DNA of 30,592 bases. Source: Planctomycetota bacterium (GTDB taxonomy: Bacteria; Planctomycetota; SZUA-567; H5-PLA8). Where the stretch lies: the NCBI GenBank assembly GCA_045863855.1, contig BTVV01000072.1, forward strand, positions 1 through 30,592, in the 5' to 3' direction. A program made the translations under genes and the position numbers. Each line of letters begins with the position of its first letter. Position 1 is the stretch's first letter. The notes beneath the pieces are model-generated. The model did no database searches and had not been told where the DNA came from. It worked only from the letters and a program-made list of their open reading frames with translations. Shown here in pieces: positions 26,910 through 30,592 of this stretch.

Positions 26910-28637
26910 ATGCCCATGGATATGCGCAAACCGGAAGCGGTGCGCAAACACGACGGACGGATCGTAGCCTTCAACCCGCTGCGGTTGATGCGCTCGGTCA
27001 CGCGCGCCGCGCTGGCTTCGGGGCGGCACACTAACGCCACTGAGGCCAAGGGTTTCGGTGAAGAGATCACGCGCGCGGTCTGTTCGTTTCTGGTCAACGA
27101 GTATCCGCCTACGCCCACCACCGGCGACGTGCGTGAATTGACGCAGCGGCTTTTGCGCGAAACCGGGCATGCGGCGGTGGCCGAGGCGTACACGGATCAC
27201 GCGCGGCAGGCTGCTTCGCTCTTGTGGCGGATGCGGTTAATCGACGCGGGGCCGGCGGAAGGCGCACCTTGGGATCGCCGGCGGCTGATTGAATCGCTTC
27301 GTTCGTCGGGCGTGGCCAGCGATCCAGCGGGCGAGATGGCGCGGCACGTCGAGCGGCGCTTGGTGCAACTGGGCGCCGAGCGGATCAACGCGGCTTTGGT
27401 GCATGCGCTGGCGCTTTTGGCGCTGCACGAGCGCGGGATGGATGCGCGGCGCTATGCCGCGCGGCGCGTCTCGGCCAATTTCGCGCCGCTCTCGGAGCGT
27501 TACTTGCCGGCGGTGGCGGCGGATTGTCCCCTGCCCGATGCGGGTCCGGCGCTGGAAGCCTTTTGGCTGCAAGCGGTTCACTCCGACGAAGTGAACCAGG
27601 CCGTGCGCGGAAACCTATTGAGCTTGGAGCCGTATCCGGCGTCGCCGGCCGAAGCGCCGCGCCCGGAGGCGTGGGCCGATCCGTTGGACGCGGCGGCGCG
27701 GGAGCGCTGGGGCGAGCAGGCGGGACGGATCGAGGCCGATCTGCGCATCCGCGCCGACGGCGGCGAGCGGATGGGCGAGTTCGCCGAGGCTTTGGCGGCG
27801 TTCAGCCGAGCCGAGGGTTATGCGCGCGGGACGGACGTTCCCGAGTTTCGCGCCGGTGTGACGCTCAGCTTGCGCGGCGCGCCGGAAGTCTTTACGCGGC
27901 CTCAGGTTTCGGCGTTTCCGATCACGCTCAATCTGGGCGGCCTGCTGGTCCGCGAAGCGATTCACGATCCGCAGAAGGCCACGCTGCGCCTGACGCAGCT
28001 CGTGACGTTGGCCGCGCAGGCGCACCGCGAGCGCGAGGAATACTTCGGCCTCGCGCCGATGCGCGGGCGCGAGCTGCCGCTGGCTCCGGCAGGGCTTTGG
28101 AACGCCGCGGCTTGGCTGGCGCGGGAACCCTATATGCAGCACGGACCTGCGCCGGTTTTACGCGCGGGCGCGGGCGCGCTGCTCGCCGCGCTGAACGGCG
28201 TCGTGAGCACCTTGCGCCAGGAGACGGGGCTGCAACTGGTGCTGCGCAGCGACGGGCCGCGCGCGGCCGCGGCGGCGCTGTGGCGACGGGATTGCGCGTT
28301 CCTCGAGCAGGACGGTGTAAGCCTCGATCCGGCCGGAGCCTACGAGATCGGCCTCGATCTGCGCCTGACGCCGGGGCTGACCGACCTCGGCGAGCGGCTC
28401 GATTTCCTCCGCGCGCACGCGGCGCATTTCGACGAACCGCCGCCGCTGAGTCTCAAGGCGCCGCTGGGGCGCGAGCCGGATGCTTCGGCGTGGCGCGAGT
28501 TGCTGGAAGCGCTGCGCGCGACGGGACTTCCGCGCGCGCGTTTGCTGCCCGGCGGGAGCGCCCGCGGCGTACGGCTGCTGGCTCGCCATATCCGCGAGCA
28601 TCTGCAGGGCTATCCGCTCTTCGAGAATCGAAGCTGA
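26910..28637 (+). CDS. Double ATP-cone protein with a degenerate NrdD (class III RNR)-like body
   Basis: VRKHDGRIVAFN...VRE..Q..L.E.GH..VAEAY (ATP cone); second cone WDRRRLIESL...VERRL...; NrdD-like remnants; start 26910, 26916 or 26922. Confidence 0.72.
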   Translation: MPMDMRKPEAVRKHDGRIVAFNPLRLMRSVTRAALASGRHTNATEAKGFGEEITRAVCSFLVNEYPPTPTTGDVRELTQRLLRETGHAAVAEAYTDHARQAASLLWRMRLIDAGPAEGAPWDRRRLIESLRSSGVASDPAGEMARHVERRLVQLGAERINAALVHALALLALHERGMDARRYAARRVSANFAPLSERYLPAVAADCPLPDAGPALEAFWLQAVHSDEVNQAVRGNLLSLEPYPASPAEAPRPEAWADPLDAAARERWGEQAGRIEADLRIRADGGERMGEFAEALAAFSRAEGYARGTDVPEFRAGVTLSLRGAPEVFTRPQVSAFPITLNLGGLLVREAIHDPQKATLRLTQLVTLAAQAHREREEYFGLAPMRGRELPLAPAGLWNAAAWLAREPYMQHGPAPVLRAGAGALLAALNGVVSTLRQETGLQLVLRSDGPRAAAAALWRRDCAFLEQDGVSLDPAGAYEIGLDLRLTPGLTDLGERLDFLRAHAAHFDEPPPLSLKAPLGREPDASAWRELLEALRATGLPRARLLPGGSARGVRLLARHIREHLQGYPLFENRS

Positions 28638-28663
28638 TACGCAAACCGTGCCGGCGCAGCGGG

Positions 28664-30361
28664 TTACTTCGCGCTCAATCCTTTCACGATCTCATCCACT
28701 TGCGCGCGCGTGATCTTCGCATCCTGGAGGATCGCTTGCGCGAAATGGCGGTCGGCTGCGGCGGCTTCGCCGGCGCAGTGGAAGAAGACGCCGAGCAGCA
28801 AATTCCCCTCGGCGTCGGGGTCGCCGAGCGTGGCGGCGGCGAGCTGGCGGTAATCGGGCTCTTTGAGCTGGCTCCATTCCCAGGGCATCGCGGAGCCCTT
28901 CAGGTCGAGCGTTAACTTCTTGTCGTCGGCGGCTTTGAGGCGGACGGCTTCGGGCTTGGAACCGAAGAGCGTGAGGAAGACCTTGGGGCGCGCGCCGGCG
29001 GCGACGGCGGCGAGCGTGCGGGTTTTGGTCTTCGCGATCCAATCGGCGGGGACCGCAACGGCCTTCGGCGCGGCGGGCGCATCGGGCTTGGGTGCCGGGC
29101 GCGAGGTGGACGCGGAACTGCCGTTCGCGGAAGCGGTTACGGCGGTACTGGCCGGCGCGGCCGGCCGCGCGCCGAATTCGAAGGCGCCCAGATCGGGCGC
29201 GCCGTCGCGCGCCAGCCCGTCGAAATCTTCCTTTACGTCGGAGAGCGGTTCGGCCTGGTGGATCGCCTTCACGGCCAGCGGCGTGAGATGCAGATCGCCC
29301 GAGGCCGGCGCGACGAAGTAGCCGTCGAGCTTCCCGAAGAGGTTGCGGCGTTGTTCGACGCCGGGCGCGTCCCATAAGGTCCCGTGGACCAAGTTGTTAA
29401 CGAGTTCGATTTTTTCGAGGCGCGATTCTTTGACGGCCCGGATGCCGCGCCCTTCGGCGGCGTCGGCGGTGCGGAAGATCGTGTTGTGCTGGACGCGGAT
29501 GTTGCGCGCCCAGGCGATCTCGATGCCGGCGTCGGTGGCGGTGACGATGGCGTTGTTGCGCACGGTAAAATCGTCGGCGTGTAACATCCCGGCGGCCTTG
29601 GCTTTATCGTCGATCGCCGGATTGCCGATGGCGATGCCGCGGTCGCAGCCGCTGATGAAATTGCGCTCGATCGTGCAGCGCTTGCAATCGACCCACAGGA
29701 AAATCGCGCCGCGGCCTTCGCCGGAAAGGCCCTTCACTTCACGGAACTCGTTGTCGGCAAAGGTCCAACCGTCGAGTCGCATCATGTCGATGGCCGAGAT
29801 GTAGTTGCCGTCGAAGAGCCAATCCTTGGGCGGGACGCGGTCGCACGCAAAGCGGCAGTGGCGGACCGAGCCGCCTTTGGCGACGCCGCGGTCGGAGCCG
29901 GAACCTTTGATCGCTCGGACGCCGATATTTTTGAAGCGGCAGTTGTAGATGTGGATCTCGGACGGATCGTTTTCGCCGCTGACCTTGATCGCGTAAGTGC
30001 GGGTTTCCTCGAAGGTTAGATTGGCGAAGGTGATCCCGTGGGCGGTGCTGACGGTAAAGTGCGGCCCGCTGCCGTGCGTGCCGACCCAGCCCGGGCCGCG
30101 CAGGATGGTTTTGGACGCGTCGGCATCGCCGCCGGCAATGACGAGGTTGCGCACGTCGCGGACGAGGATTTCCTCGCCGAACGCATGTAAACCGGGCGCC
30201 AGAACGAGGATCTGGTTGGGCGTGCCGAGGGCGTTTTTGAGTTCGGCCAGCGAGGCGACGCGCTTGACCGGCCAAGGCGGCAGGTTCAGCGGCGGGATGG
30301 CGCGCTCGCCGGCGTGCGCGAGGCTCATCGTTAACATGAGTCCGATCCAGGCCTTATGCAT
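28664..30361 (-). CDS. Secreted right-handed beta-helix protein with Pro/Ala linker and C-terminal domain
   Basis: Signal peptide MHKAWIGLMLTMSLAHA; PbH1-like repeats; DFDG..R..APDLGAFE; low-complexity linker; alternative GTG start 30367. Confidence 0.8.
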   Translation of the reverse strand: MHKAWIGLMLTMSLAHAGERAIPPLNLPPWPVKRVASLAELKNALGTPNQILVLAPGLHAFGEEILVRDVRNLVIAGGDADASKTILRGPGWVGTHGSGPHFTVSTAHGITFANLTFEETRTYAIKVSGENDPSEIHIYNCRFKNIGVRAIKGSGSDRGVAKGGSVRHCRFACDRVPPKDWLFDGNYISAIDMMRLDGWTFADNEFREVKGLSGEGRGAIFLWVDCKRCTIERNFISGCDRGIAIGNPAIDDKAKAAGMLHADDFTVRNNAIVTATDAGIEIAWARNIRVQHNTIFRTADAAEGRGIRAVKESRLEKIELVNNLVHGTLWDAPGVEQRRNLFGKLDGYFVAPASGDLHLTPLAVKAIHQAEPLSDVKEDFDGLARDGAPDLGAFEFGARPAAPASTAVTASANGSSASTSRPAPKPDAPAAPKAVAVPADWIAKTKTRTLAAVAAGARPKVFLTLFGSKPEAVRLKAADDKKLTLDLKGSAMPWEWSQLKEPDYRQLAAATLGDPDAEGNLLLGVFFHCAGEAAAADRHFAQAILQDAKITRAQVDEIVKGLSAK

Positions 30362-30592
30362 GCCCACGACCTCGCGTCTAAGCTGCTTACACCTTAACGG
30401 ATGAGGCGGGGGAAGCTCTCGTTAATTTACGAAGCATTGGCCGGCCGGTTGAACGGAGCGGGCGCGGCGCGGGGTGGGGACGGATCGCGCGGGGCGGATC
30501 GCGTCGCGATATAGGGGCTATGCACGCGGCGAAGCGGGGTGCTCTTGTGCGGCAACTTTTCGAACGAACTTTAAGGACTTAGAAGGACGAAA

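Overview
GC-rich (roughly 65-68% by eye) bacterial chromosomal segment, most likely from a Planctomycetota/PVC organism (inferred from gene style: sulfatase, standalone Ser/Thr kinase, secreted beta-helix proteins, EF-hand protein). It holds about 26 protein-coding genes and tRNA-Glu(TTC). Recognisable genes are nadB, metK, an adenosine deaminase, a HAD hydrolase, an HNH nuclease, a PA0069-type radical SAM protein, LolA-like and FabZ-like proteins, a LacI regulator and several carbohydrate-active enzymes. I see no integrase, transposase, prophage or CRISPR array. The strongest signal of something undescribed is a ~120-nt, highly structured 5' leader (2881-3002) ahead of an ankyrin-repeat gene. 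The leader has a perfect 10-bp anti-Shine-Dalgarno helix and two potential pseudoknot pairings, and the gene starts with a distinct small N-terminal module, together suggesting a riboswitch-like or RNA-protein autoregulatory unit. Second is a double-ATP-cone protein that looks like a catalytically dead class III ribonucleotide reductase derivative next to a thioredoxin. All calls come from reading motifs by eye; no searches were run.
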